Part shown: one piece after another, positions 16,792-26,151 of the stretch
Numbering within the stretch: position 1 is the stretch's first letter
Layout: each line of letters starts with the position of its first letter
Assembly (NCBI RefSeq): GCF_000012925.1
Contig: NC_007517.1
Coordinates: forward strand, 2,910,001 to 2,942,000
Origin: Geobacter metallireducens GS-15
Lineage (GTDB): Bacteria; Desulfobacterota; Desulfuromonadia; Geobacterales; Geobacteraceae
DNA: 32,000 nucleotides
Direction of reading: 5' to 3'
Notes under the pieces: model-generated
What the model saw: only the letters and a program-made list of their open reading frames with translations
Database searches by the model: none
What the model was told of the DNA's origin: nothing
Program-made: the position numbers and the translations under genes

Positions 16792-19700
16792 TCACTCTCG
16801 TGTCCGCTTTACTTCCCCTTCCGATCCCCGCTCCCGCAGGAACTCCCCAAGTATCCGCCCCGTGTGGGAAACGCCGCCCATACGGGCCACCTCCTCCGGC
16901 GTTCCCTGGGCAACAACCATCCCGCCGCCGTCCCCCCCCTCGGGCCCCAGGTCCATGAGCCAGTCGGCCTCGGCGATGACGTCCAGGTTGTGCTCGATGA
17001 CGACCACCGAATTCCCCGCCGCCACCAGCCGGTGGAGGACCCGGACCAGTTTCTCCACGTCGGCCATGTGGAGGCCGATGGTGGGCTCGTCCAGGATATA
17101 GAGGGAGTGGGGTGCGTTTCGCGGCACCCGGAGCGCGTCCTTCACCGGCTTCGCCTTGGCCAGCTCGGTGACGAGCTTGATCCGCTGGGCCTCGCCTCCG
17201 GAAAGGGTGGGGCTCTGCTGCCCCAGGGTCAGATACCCCAGTCCCACGTCCTGCAGCAGCTGAAGCGGGTGGAGGATGGCCCGGTGGGCGGCGAAGAACC
17301 CGACCGCCTCGTCCACGCTCATGGCCAGGAGGTCGCCGATGGATTTCCCCCGGTGGCGGACCATGAGGGTCTCGGCGTTGAAGCGCAAGCCCCCGCAGAC
17401 CTCGCACGCCACCTTCACGTCGGGGAGGAAGCTCATCTCAATGGTCTTCACCCCCTGCCCCTCGCACTCGTCGCACCGCCCCCCCTTCACGTTGAAGGAG
17501 AAGCGGGAGGGGCCGTACCCCCGGAGCCGCGCCTCGGTGGTGCCGGCGTAGAGTTTCCGGATGGCGTCCCAGAACCCCACGTAGGTGGCGGGGCACGACC
17601 GGGGGGTCTTGCCGATGGGGGTCTGGTCCACCTCCAGGACGCGAGTGAGCTGCTCCCACCCTGTGATTTCCCGACACCCGGCCACGGTATGGGCTCCCTT
17701 GCCGTGGGCCAGGAGCCCCTGGATGGAGGAGTGGAGGACGTTGCGCACCAGGGTGCTCTTGCCGCTCCCCGAGACGCCGGTGACGCAGACGAGCCGCCGG
17801 AGCGGGAAGGCGACGTCGACCCCTTGCAGGTTGTGGAGGATGGCCCCCAACACCTGGATACTCGGCTCCTCCGGTGTCGGTGCGGGACGCCGCTCCACGA
17901 GGGGATGACGCAGGGGCTCCGCCAGGTAGCGGCCGGTGAGGGAGTCCGGGGCCGCCATCACCTGTTCCAGGGTTCCCTCGGCCACCACCAGACCGCCGTT
18001 GACGCCGGCGCCGGGGCCCAGGTCGATGACGTGCTCAGCCCGGCGGATGGTCTCCTCGTCATGCTCCACCACCACGATGGTGTTCCCCTTCCCCTCCAGC
18101 TTCCGCAGGGTGTCCAGGAGCATCCGGTTGTCCCGGGGGTGAAGGCCGATGGTGGGCTCATCGAGGATGTAGCAGACCCCCCGCAGGTTCGAGCCCAGCT
18201 GGGCTGCGAGCCTGATCCGCTGGGCCTCGCCACCGGAGAGGGTGGGTGCCGCCCGGTCCAGGGCGAGGTAGCCGAGCCCCACCTCGCCCAGGAAGGCGAG
18301 CCGCGTCGTGATCTCGGCCACGATATCCCGGGCGATGGCCGCCTCCCGCCCCTCCAGCCCCAGGTCGCGCACAAAGAAAGCCGCCTGGGTCACGGTAAGG
18401 GCCGTCAACTCGGCGATGTTCCGGTCCCGGAAGCGGACCGCCAGGGCCTCGGGGTTGAGGCGGGCGCCGTGGCAGGCGGAGCAGGTCCGCTCCTCACCCT
18501 CGAACCACTCGTTCCACCAGATCTCCTCGCCGGACTGCTCCGCGTCGAAGCCGGGGATCTCCAGCCCCGTGCCGAAGCAGCGGGGGCACCAGCCATGGCG
18601 GGAGTTGTAGGAGAAGAGCCGCGGGTCGGGCTCAGGAAAACTCTGGCCGCAGGAGGTGCAGGCGCGGAGCGTCGAGTAGAGCTGTTCCTCCCCCCCCGCC
18701 ACCGCCACCCGCACCACCCCCTTGCCGAAGGCGAGGGCCCGGTCCAGCAGCTCCCGCAGCGCCCCCTCCCCTTTCGCCGCCACCGTGATCTCCCCCACGG
18801 GAAGGTCGATGTCATGTTCCCGGAAGCGGTCGAGCCGCGGCCACGGTTCCACGGGGGTCATGACGCCATCCACCCGGAGGCTTGTAAACCCTTTCCCGGC
18901 GGCCCACTTGGCCAAGTCGGTGTAGTACCCCTTACGGGCCGTGACCAGCGGCGCCAGGAGCGCCACCCGCTTCCCCCGGAAATCACGCAGGAGCCGGGCC
19001 ACGATGGCATCCGGGGTCTGGGGGGTGATGGGGATGCTGCAGTCGGGGCAGTGCTGCACCCCGAGCTTCACGAAGAGGAGCCGGAGGAAGTGGTAGATCT
19101 CCGTCAGGGTCGCCACGGTGCTCTTGCGCCCCCCCCGGCTTGTCCGCTGCTCGATGGCCACCGTGGGGGGGATGCCGAGGACCGCGTCCACGTCGGGACG
19201 GGCCGCCGGCTGGACGAACTGGCGGGCGTAGGCGTTGAGGGATTCCAGGTAGCGCCGCTGCCCCTCGGCGAAGAGGATGTCGAAGGCGACGGTGGACTTG
19301 CCGCTCCCCGAGATGCCGGTGATGACCGTGAAGCGGTCCCGGGGGACGGCGATGGTGACGTTCTTCAGGTTGTGCTCCCGGGCGTGGACGATACGGATGG
19401 AGCGGTCCGGCACCACGGCGGGGGGCGCCTCTGCCACGGTCCGGGTCGACTCCCTCACCAGGGCGGCCAGTTCCTCCCCGTACTCCCGCAGGGCCCGACC
19501 GGTGTGGCTCTCATCGCACACCATCACCTCGTCCGGGGTGCCGGCGCAGACCAGCCGCCCGCCGCCGTCGCCCCCCTCGGGTCCCAGGTCCAGGAGCCAG
19601 TCGGCGGCGGCGATGACATCCAGGTTGTGCTCGATCACCACCAGGGAGTCGCCGGCCTCAAGGAGCCGTCGGAAGGCGGCCAGCAACCGGGCGATGTCCT

Positions 19701-22470
19701 CGAAGTGGAGGCCGGTGGTGGGCTCGTCGAAGAGGAAGAGGTTCCCTGACTCCACCCGCTTCCGACCTCCCACTTGGGCCAGGTGCCCGGCCAGCTTCAG
19801 GCGTTGGGCCTCGCCGCCGGAAAGGGTCGGCACCGGCTGGCCGAGGCGGAGATACCCGAGGCCGACGGCCTCCAGGGGTTCGAGACCCCGGAGCACCTCC
19901 CGGTGACCGGCAAAGAAAGACACCGCCTCGGTCACGGTCATCTCCAGCACATCAGCGATGGAGACGGGGCGCCCGTCCCCGGCCGGCACGAGTCGCACCT
20001 CCAGCACCTCGGGGCGGTAGCGGCGGCCGTCGCAGTCGGGACAGCGCAGGTAGACGTCGGAGAGGAACTGCATCTCCACATGCTCGAAGCCGTTGCCGCC
20101 GCAGGCGGGGCAACGCCCGGTGCCAGCGTTGAAGCTGAAGGTGCCGGTGGTGTACCCTCGCTCCTTGGCCAGGGGCTCGGCGGCGAAGAGCTTGCGGATG
20201 GCGTCGAAGGCCCCCACGTAGCTGGCCGGGTTGGAGCGGGTCGTCTTGCCGATGGGGGACTGGTCCACCAGCACCACGTCGCCGATCAGCTCCGCCCCGT
20301 TAATGGCGGCGTGGGCCCCCGGCAGTTCCGTCGGCTTTCCTTTCAGCTTCAGGAGCCCCCGGTGGAGCACATCCTGGACCAGGGTCGACTTGCCCGAGCC
20401 GGAAACGCCGGTGATGCAGACGAGGCGATTGAGGGGGACGCGGACGTCGATCCCCGTGAGGTTGTGGGCGGCGGCGCCGAGGATTTCCACGTATCCGACA
20501 TTCTCCCTCTCCTCTGCCCTCACCCCAACCCTCTCCCGGAGGGAGAGGGGGTTTCCATAACCCTCGCCCTCCGGGAGAGGGTGGCCGAAGGCCAGGTGAG
20601 GGGCGATCCGCCGCCGCCCCGCCAGATACTCCCCCGTCAACGACCGCTTCTCCCCCAGAATCGCCCCCGGCGTCCCGAAGAAGACCACCTCCCCTCCCCG
20701 CTCCCCCGGCCCCGGGCCCATGTCCAACAGCCGGTCGGCGGCGAGCATCACCTGGGGGTCGTGCTCCACCACCAGCAGCGTGTTCCCGGCGTCCCGCAGC
20801 TGCCGCAAGACTCCGATCACCCGCCCCATGTCCCGGGGGTGGAGGCCGATGGAGGGCTCGTCCAGCACGAAGAGGGTGTTGACGAGGGAGGTCCCCAAGG
20901 CCGTGGTCAGGTTGATCCGCTGCACCTCGCCGCCGGAGAGGGTCCGGGACTGGCGGTCCAGGGTCAGGTAGCCGAGCCCCACCGTCCCCAGGTAGCCGAG
21001 GCGGGCGCGGATCTCCCGCAGGAGCAGCTCCGCCGCCTCGTCCAGGGGGGGCGGCAGCGCCAGGGCGCCGAAGAACTCCGCGCAGCGGTCCAGGGGGAGG
21101 AGCATGACATCGTGGATGGTGAGGCCGGGCAGATTACGCAGAATCTCATCGGACAGCTCCATCCCCTCGGGGCGAAAGCGGAGTTCCGGGGAAAGCACCT
21201 TGTCGGCCTCCTCTCTGGTCCCGAGTCGCCAGAGGAGCGCATCGGGGCTCAGCCGCGCCCCCCGGCAGGCGGGACAGAGGGTGTAGGCGCGGTATTTGGA
21301 GAGGAGTACCCGGATATGCATCTTGTAGCTCTTGGTTTCGAGCCAGTCGAAGAAGCGCCGCACCCCGTACCAGAGCCCCTCATCCCACGAGCCCTCCCCC
21401 TCAAGCACCCAGTGGCGCTGTTCCTCCGTCAGCTCACGCCACGGCACATTGACGGGGACGCCCCGCTTGGCGGCGAAGGTCATCATGTCGTCCTGGCATT
21501 CCCGGTAGCTCTCGGTCTGCCACGGCTTCACCGCGCCGCCGGCCAGGGTCCTAGACTCGTCAGGGATCACCAGGCCGTGGTCGATGCCGATCACCCGGCC
21601 GAACCCCCGGCAGGTGGCGCAGGCCCCCACCGGCGAGTTGAAGGAGAAAAGGTGGGGCGCCGGATCGTGGTACGAGATGTCGCAGTCAGGGCAGTGGAGA
21701 TCACTAGAGAACCGCCGCGGCTCCCCCGGTGTACCGTCGCCGCCCAAGGGGTAAACGAGCACCCTCCCGTGGCCGACCCGCAGCGCCGCCTCCATACCCT
21801 CCACCAGCCGCGAGCGGTTCTCCGGGGCCAGGCGCGTCCGATCCTGGATCACCTCCAGGATGCCGTCCTCCTCCCGGTGGATGCGGGTGTACCCCTGGCC
21901 GGCCAGGAACCCCTTCACCTCGTCGGCGGAGAAGTTGGCCGGCACCGGTACCGGGAAGGTGACGAGGACAGAGGGGGAGAGGGAGAGATCGTTACCCTCG
22001 CCCTTGGGGAGAGGGTGGCCGGAGGCCGGGTGAGGGTTTCGCGCCAGCAGCTCATCAACAATGCTCTCCGGCGTGTCGCGCCGCACCGGCCGGCCGCAGC
22101 CGCGGCAGAAGAGCCGCGCCCCCCGGGCGAAGAGGAGCTTCAGGTGGTCGTTCAGCTCCGTCATGGTCCCCACGGTGGAGCGGGAGGTGCGGACCGGGTT
22201 GGTTTGGTCAATGGCGATGGCCGGGGGGATCCCGTCGATCCGGTCCACCGCCGGGCGGTCCATCCGGTCCAGGAACTGGCGGGCGTAGGGGGAGAAGGTC
22301 TCCACGTAGCGGCGCTGCCCCTCGGCATAGACCGTGTCGAAGGCCAGGGACGACTTCCCCGACCCGGAGACGCCGGTGACGACGATCAGTTCGCCGAGGG
22401 GAAGGTCGAGATCGAGATTTTTGAGGTTGTTCTGGCGGGCGTTGCGGATGGAAATCGATTCGTGGCTCAT
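16792..22470 (-). CDS. double-length UvrA-like ABC ATPase (two tandem UvrA units, four nucleotide-binding domains, 1892 aa)
   Basis: Four Walker A motifs G(V/I)SGSGKS(S/T) and four LSGGE signatures. Both units end in [10 protein letters not shown]. Unit 2 begins near aa 1024 (nt ~19401) with [15 protein letters not shown], mirroring [15 protein letters not shown] at the N-terminus. The ORF is uninterrupted. Confidence 0.9.
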   Translation of the reverse strand: MSHESISIRNARQNNLKNLDLDLPLGELIVVTGVSGSGKSSLAFDTVYAEGQRRYVETFSPYARQFLDRMDRPAVDRIDGIPPAIAIDQTNPVRTSRSTVGTMTELNDHLKLLFARGARLFCRGCGRPVRRDTPESIVDELLARNPHPASGHPLPKGEGNDLSLSPSVLVTFPVPVPANFSADEVKGFLAGQGYTRIHREEDGILEVIQDRTRLAPENRSRLVEGMEAALRVGHGRVLVYPLGGDGTPGEPRRFSSDLHCPDCDISYHDPAPHLFSFNSPVGACATCRGFGRVIGIDHGLVIPDESRTLAGGAVKPWQTESYRECQDDMMTFAAKRGVPVNVPWRELTEEQRHWVLEGEGSWDEGLWYGVRRFFDWLETKSYKMHIRVLLSKYRAYTLCPACRGARLSPDALLWRLGTREEADKVLSPELRFRPEGMELSDEILRNLPGLTIHDVMLLPLDRCAEFFGALALPPPLDEAAELLLREIRARLGYLGTVGLGYLTLDRQSRTLSGGEVQRINLTTALGTSLVNTLFVLDEPSIGLHPRDMGRVIGVLRQLRDAGNTLLVVEHDPQVMLAADRLLDMGPGPGERGGEVVFFGTPGAILGEKRSLTGEYLAGRRRIAPHLAFGHPLPEGEGYGNPLSLRERVGVRAEERENVGYVEILGAAAHNLTGIDVRVPLNRLVCITGVSGSGKSTLVQDVLHRGLLKLKGKPTELPGAHAAINGAELIGDVVLVDQSPIGKTTRSNPASYVGAFDAIRKLFAAEPLAKERGYTTGTFSFNAGTGRCPACGGNGFEHVEMQFLSDVYLRCPDCDGRRYRPEVLEVRLVPAGDGRPVSIADVLEMTVTEAVSFFAGHREVLRGLEPLEAVGLGYLRLGQPVPTLSGGEAQRLKLAGHLAQVGGRKRVESGNLFLFDEPTTGLHFEDIARLLAAFRRLLEAGDSLVVIEHNLDVIAAADWLLDLGPEGGDGGGRLVCAGTPDEVMVCDESHTGRALREYGEELAALVRESTRTVAEAPPAVVPDRSIRIVHAREHNLKNVTIAVPRDRFTVITGISGSGKSTVAFDILFAEGQRRYLESLNAYARQFVQPAARPDVDAVLGIPPTVAIEQRTSRGGRKSTVATLTEIYHFLRLLFVKLGVQHCPDCSIPITPQTPDAIVARLLRDFRGKRVALLAPLVTARKGYYTDLAKWAAGKGFTSLRVDGVMTPVEPWPRLDRFREHDIDLPVGEITVAAKGEGALRELLDRALAFGKGVVRVAVAGGEEQLYSTLRACTSCGQSFPEPDPRLFSYNSRHGWCPRCFGTGLEIPGFDAEQSGEEIWWNEWFEGEERTCSACHGARLNPEALAVRFRDRNIAELTALTVTQAAFFVRDLGLEGREAAIARDIVAEITTRLAFLGEVGLGYLALDRAAPTLSGGEAQRIRLAAQLGSNLRGVCYILDEPTIGLHPRDNRMLLDTLRKLEGKGNTIVVVEHDEETIRRAEHVIDLGPGAGVNGGLVVAEGTLEQVMAAPDSLTGRYLAEPLRHPLVERRPAPTPEEPSIQVLGAILHNLQGVDVAFPLRRLVCVTGVSGSGKSTLVRNVLHSSIQGLLAHGKGAHTVAGCREITGWEQLTRVLEVDQTPIGKTPRSCPATYVGFWDAIRKLYAGTTEARLRGYGPSRFSFNVKGGRCDECEGQGVKTIEMSFLPDVKVACEVCGGLRFNAETLMVRHRGKSIGDLLAMSVDEAVGFFAAHRAILHPLQLLQDVGLGYLTLGQQSPTLSGGEAQRIKLVTELAKAKPVKDALRVPRNAPHSLYILDEPTIGLHMADVEKLVRVLHRLVAAGNSVVVIEHNLDVIAEADWLMDLGPEGGDGGGMVVAQGTPEEVARMGGVSHTGRILGEFLRERGSEGEVKRTRE
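20503..20603 (-). repeat. palindromic GC-rich repeat embedded in frame in the UvrA-like ORF (linker between NBD-I and NBD-II of unit 1)
   Basis: It contains a perfect hairpin ccctctcccg-gag-ggagaggg and the 45-bp core aaccctcgccctccgggagagggtggccgaaggccaggtgagggg (20559-20603). It translates as [33 protein letters not shown]. Confidence 0.75.
21968..22036 (-). repeat. second in-frame copy of the same repeat core in the UvrA-like ORF (loop of the UvrB-binding-domain-like segment of unit 1)
   Basis: The core accctcgcccttggggagagggtggccggaggccgggtgaggg (21994-22036) differs at about 4 positions from the copy at 20560-20602. It translates as [22 protein letters not shown]. Confidence 0.75.
22260..22419 (-). 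repeat. 160-bp segment of the UvrA-like 5' coding region that is repeated at 23640-23799
   Basis: Base-by-base comparison gives 6 mismatches over 159-160 nt. The offset between the copies is exactly 1380 bp. Confidence 0.9.
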
Positions 22471-22551
22471 GGGGAGAGAGTATAGCAGGCAAAACGTGCA
22501 CCTGCCACGTTATCGGCCACGCTCAGCGTCCTCACGTAACAGCAGGCGCCC

Positions 22552-23451
22552 TCACGAACTGCCGTTGCCGTCAAACGGTTCCGCCTGACGCGCCTCACGC
22601 AGGATACGGACATCACGGCGAGGAAAGGGTATCTCGATTCCATGTTCGACAAAGGCGCGGTAAACGGCATAGTTGAGGTTGCTCGTCAGGAGACCTCGCC
22701 GGTGAATGAGGGTGGTGCTCCAGACCCTGAGCTCGAAGTTGAGGCCATTGTCGCCGAACTCCATGAGCCGAACCCCGGGAGCCGGCTTTTCCAGCACATC
22801 CGGGTTTGCAGCCGCAACATCCAGCAGCAGCCGCTCCACCTGCTGGACATCGCTTTCGTAGGCGACGCTGACCGGTATCCGGAATCGGACCTTCCGCTCG
22901 TTGTGGCTCCAGTTCACCACATTCTCGGTGATGAACTTCGAGTTGGGGACAATGATCGTAATGTTGTCGTTGGTCACCACCGTGGTGCTTCTGCCGCCGA
23001 TATGCACCACGTCACCCTCCACGTTGCCCACCACGATCCGATCCCCCACCTTGATGGGGCGCTCAAAGAGGATGAGGATGCCACAAACGAGATTGTTGAC
23101 GATGTTCTGGAGGCCGAAACCGACACCGATTCCCACGGCGCCGGCCAAGACGTTAAGGGTGGTGAGGTCGATGCCGGCGGTCTGGAGAATGATGATGAAA
23201 CCGATGGCAATGATGGTGTAACGGATAATGGAGCCGGTGGCCTGGCGAGCCCCCAGCTCCATCCTCGTCCGGGTGAGGAACTGATCCACGATCCAGCCCC
23301 GGAGTTTTCCCGAGAGGTAGAAGAGGAGCCCCACCAGCACCACGAGCTGGATAATGGTCCAGAGGGTCACCGGCGCACTGCCCAGCTTCACGAGGGGGAC
23401 TTCGAGGAATTGCTTGATCTGAATCAGGATGTCGCGAACGGTTTCCATCAA
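22552..23451 (-). CDS. mscS: MscS-family mechanosensitive ion channel
   Basis: Three TM helices, then the pore helix motif [36 protein letters not shown], followed by beta and alpha-beta domains. Confidence 0.9.
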   Translation of the reverse strand: MMETVRDILIQIKQFLEVPLVKLGSAPVTLWTIIQLVVLVGLLFYLSGKLRGWIVDQFLTRTRMELGARQATGSIIRYTIIAIGFIIILQTAGIDLTTLNVLAGAVGIGVGFGLQNIVNNLVCGILILFERPIKVGDRIVVGNVEGDVVHIGGRSTTVVTNDNITIIVPNSKFITENVVNWSHNERKVRFRIPVSVAYESDVQQVERLLLDVAAANPDVLEKPAPGVRLMEFGDNGLNFELRVWSTTLIHRRGLLTSNLNYAVYRAFVEHGIEIPFPRRDVRILREARQAEPFDGNGSS

Positions 23452-23639
23452 GCCTCCTTGCTATAAAGGCCAGAACCGGGGGATTAAGAACGTTGTCAAC
23501 GCCCACGGAGATTCACCCAGACAAGTGCGACACTAACCCCGGTCGAGCTAGAAAGGCTTTCTCCAATTCTAGATGAGGGTTGAAATTGTGCAACTTCAGG
23601 AGCACGGCACTGAGGGAACTGAACTGGGGTGCGGACAGG

Positions 23640-23799
23640 CCATCCGCTCCAGGAACTGGCGGGCGTAGGGAGAGAAGGTCTCCACGTAGCGGCGCTGCCC
23701 CTCGGCATAGACCGTGTCGAAGGCCAGGGACGACTTCCCCGAGCCGGAGACACCGGTGACGACGATCAGTTCACCAAGGGGAAGGTCGAGATCGAGATT
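23640..23799 (-). pseudogene. orphan internal fragment of a UvrA-like gene (equivalent to aa ~18-70, includes Walker A)
   Basis: It translates as [53 protein letters not shown]. There is no start codon or RBS, and both flanks are unrelated to uvrA. Confidence 0.85.
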
Positions 23800-23814
23800 C
23801 CCGTGATCCCAAAC

Positions 23815-23844
23815 AGAAGCCCCGCAAAACGTCGCGGGGCTTCT
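23815..23844 (-). terminator. rho-independent terminator of the multicopper oxidase gene
   Basis: An 11-bp stem agaagccccgc/gcggggcttct, followed on the minus strand by gttt. It lies about 50 nt after the stop at 23896. Confidence 0.55.
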
Positions 23845-23895
23845 CCTCACCCGGCGCTAACGCACCGGGTTGCTGTCGTCGCCTGGAGGCTCATT

Positions 23896-26100
23896 CTAGA
23901 TGACCACCAGCGGCCTCATCATGTCGTGCTCCTCATGATCGAGGATATGGCAATGCCACACGTACTCTTTCCCGCTTATCCCCAAGTTCGGGTTCAGGCT
24001 GTTCGGGACGGTGAACGGGACCGTCGGGAATTTAAACCTCATAATCACCGTCGTGACCTCGCCGGGGTTCATCCGGATCGTTTCCTTGAATCCCGTTTCG
24101 TTCGGGTCGGGACCGCGGGCCGGGCCGATATACGTGGGAGTCCCGTTATAGTGCACCACGTCAAAGGGCTGCCGCCCGAGGAGCTGGGCGTTCACCAGGT
24201 GGAAGTGAATCGGATGGGTGTCGCCGGTCAGGTTGGCTATCTGCCATATCTCCACCTTCTCCCCATTCACAAGATTGACAACCTCCGTCGCATTGTCCAT
24301 GTAGCCCAAGCCAAAGGCGTTGGCAGTGGGGACGTTCGTCCCGAGGAGTTGGAGGAGACGGCCGTAGCTGTCGAAAACCTCGTTCAGGGTGAGCGGTCTG
24401 ACAGGAACTCCCGGAGGGAGCTGCAGCGCACCACCGATGATCGGAGCTCCTCCGGGGAGCGGAAGGGGATCGTTTCCGGCCGACAGATCGGTGGCCGTAT
24501 TGATCGAAACAGCCGCGACGCTGCTGGTCGCCGCCTTCACTTTGAATCGCATGAGGACGCGGGTATTGGGGCCGAAACCGTTCTTGGTCAGGGCGTTGGC
24601 CGGGTTGCCTGCGGTGTTCCACTGCGGGAAGTAGTCGTTGCGCGGATCTCCCAAGGGGAACGGCGCCGGCGCATCGGAGTAAAGGATAACATTTTTCCCG
24701 ATGTAATTTTTGAAGTCGACGATGAGATCGACCCGCTCCGCCGGCCCCATGAGGATGCTCCCGGTGGGGGCGCCGGTCACCGGATCGAAGCCGAACGGCA
24801 CATTGGTCGGGACGAGCACCGGAGTTGGCAGGAAGCCCCCCTCGGTGCCGAGCTGGAGGACGGCCGGCTGGTTCTGTGTGCCGTCCACAAATGCGGCACT
24901 TGGCGGGGGATTGCCGGTAACGGGATTCAAGGTAACACCATTCAGGCTGCCGTCGTCCACATAGAGCTGCAGGTTCATGAACCGGGCATTGCAGACGTTG
25001 AGAATCCGCAGACGGTAGGGACGCGCCTCCACTGTGGCCTCTGGGAATACCGTACCGTTGACCAGCATGGTATCTCCGAACATCTCGGGAACGGCTGAGG
25101 GGGCAGGCATCCGCAGGGGGCTGTAAACCTTGTGCCAGCGGTTCTTCTCGTAAATATGGGGGTACCAGAGGCTTCCCGGCGTTCTCGGCCCCGGCCACGT
25201 CGGGTCATAGAGGCCAATATTCGAACCGACGAAGATCTTGTCCTGAATGACGAGGGGGATTTCGAATCCCCCGTTTTCGATATAATCGGGAAGTCCCAGG
25301 TTCCTCAGGTTCCCCTCGAAGGTATCCCGAATGAGGTAGACGGAGGCAAGTCCTGCGTACGCGTTGAGACGCGTGCAGTCGTGGGTGTGGTCGTGATACC
25401 ACATCATCCGGGCGCTCTGCTGGTTGGGGTAGTAATACTCGGCCTGCCCCGGATCCAGGTTAGAGTTCAACACCTGCTGAAACAGGTTCGGATTCACTCC
25501 GTCGGAAACACTCGGGCCGTAAACGCCATTGGGGTTAGCGATGGTCGGGGGGCCAAAATAGGCCATGGGTCCGCCATCGCTGATCCACGGGACAAATCCG
25601 CCATGGAGGTGCACGGAAGCGTCATTTACATGTTGCGCCGCATCGGGAAAATTGGCGCTCTTGTCCACAGGCAGGATATGCTTGTTCGGAAGATTGTTGG
25701 TGAACGTGAGCTGGATCGGCACCCCCTTATTTGCCACAATGATTCCACCCAGGTGCTTCTGGGCCGGAACCCCCGTAACGCCCAAGGCATTCTGTGGATT
25801 GTACCCCCAGAGGGTCGTCGGACCAAGAGCGGGGTGCAACTGATCGGTGAACTGCCCGATATTGAAAGTGTAATGGGCAGCCCCCCCTATACCTGCCGAC
25901 CCATCCGGAGTCGCCAGCGGGATGCCGGCCGGGCCAACGCCCCGCAGCTTGGTTTTAAAGAGTCCGAGTTGGTTGGCCGGCGTCTGGTAGAAAGCAAAGA
26001 CATCACGCCGCCCGAGCCACTTCATCGGCAGCGGTAGCATGGTAGCGCCTGCCGCAAATCCGCTTATCTGCAGGAATTTCCTTCTGCTGATCTTGTTCAT
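23896..26100 (-). CDS. Tat-exported multicopper oxidase
   Basis: Twin-arginine signal MNKISRRKFLQISGFAAGA. Copper-site motifs are HLHGG, WYHDHTH, HPIHFH and HCHILDHEEHDMM. I prefer the start at 26100 (RBS-like aaagga). The alternative start is 26127. Confidence 0.85.
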   Translation of the reverse strand: MNKISRRKFLQISGFAAGATMLPLPMKWLGRRDVFAFYQTPANQLGLFKTKLRGVGPAGIPLATPDGSAGIGGAAHYTFNIGQFTDQLHPALGPTTLWGYNPQNALGVTGVPAQKHLGGIIVANKGVPIQLTFTNNLPNKHILPVDKSANFPDAAQHVNDASVHLHGGFVPWISDGGPMAYFGPPTIANPNGVYGPSVSDGVNPNLFQQVLNSNLDPGQAEYYYPNQQSARMMWYHDHTHDCTRLNAYAGLASVYLIRDTFEGNLRNLGLPDYIENGGFEIPLVIQDKIFVGSNIGLYDPTWPGPRTPGSLWYPHIYEKNRWHKVYSPLRMPAPSAVPEMFGDTMLVNGTVFPEATVEARPYRLRILNVCNARFMNLQLYVDDGSLNGVTLNPVTGNPPPSAAFVDGTQNQPAVLQLGTEGGFLPTPVLVPTNVPFGFDPVTGAPTGSILMGPAERVDLIVDFKNYIGKNVILYSDAPAPFPLGDPRNDYFPQWNTAGNPANALTKNGFGPNTRVLMRFKVKAATSSVAAVSINTATDLSAGNDPLPLPGGAPIIGGALQLPPGVPVRPLTLNEVFDSYGRLLQLLGTNVPTANAFGLGYMDNATEVVNLVNGEKVEIWQIANLTGDTHPIHFHLVNAQLLGRQPFDVVHYNGTPTYIGPARGPDPNETGFKETIRMNPGEVTTVIMRFKFPTVPFTVPNSLNPNLGISGKEYVWHCHILDHEEHDMMRPLVVI

Positions 26101-26151
26101 ATGGTCCGTCCTTTCTGTTAGCTGCAAGCCCAGACAAGTCCATTCAACGGT

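Noticed and set aside
20503-22036. In-frame inserts in UvrA considered as inteins or mini-inteins
   Set aside because: They are far too short (about 20-35 aa). They lack the N-terminal Cys/Ser and the C-terminal HN-Cys/Ser/Thr splice junctions. Their DNA is palindromic repeat sequence.
16711-22485. 1012-aa and 903-aa plus-strand ORFs (16711-19749 and 19774-22485)
   Set aside because: Both are antisense to the UvrA-like gene, are very G/P/A/H-rich and have no recognisable domains. They are shadow ORFs of a long GC-rich gene.
22471-22530. Sigma-54 promoter (TGGCA...TTGC) upstream of the UvrA-like gene, suggested by tggcaggtgcacgttttgc
   Set aside because: The spacing between the GG and GC elements is about 15 nt instead of the required ~11. 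A TATACT hexamer 9 nt before the ATG is noted, but I could not pair it with a convincing -35.
22260-23799. 160-bp direct repeats considered as a transposon target-site duplication or composite-transposon ends
   Set aside because: They are much longer than any TSD. No transposase or inverted terminal repeats lie between them, and the intervening DNA is just mscS with its flanks.
23629-25098. 489-aa plus-strand ORF, with a similar one at 25132-26037
   Set aside because: Both are antisense to the multicopper oxidase, which has all four copper-site motifs. Neither has motifs or an RBS.
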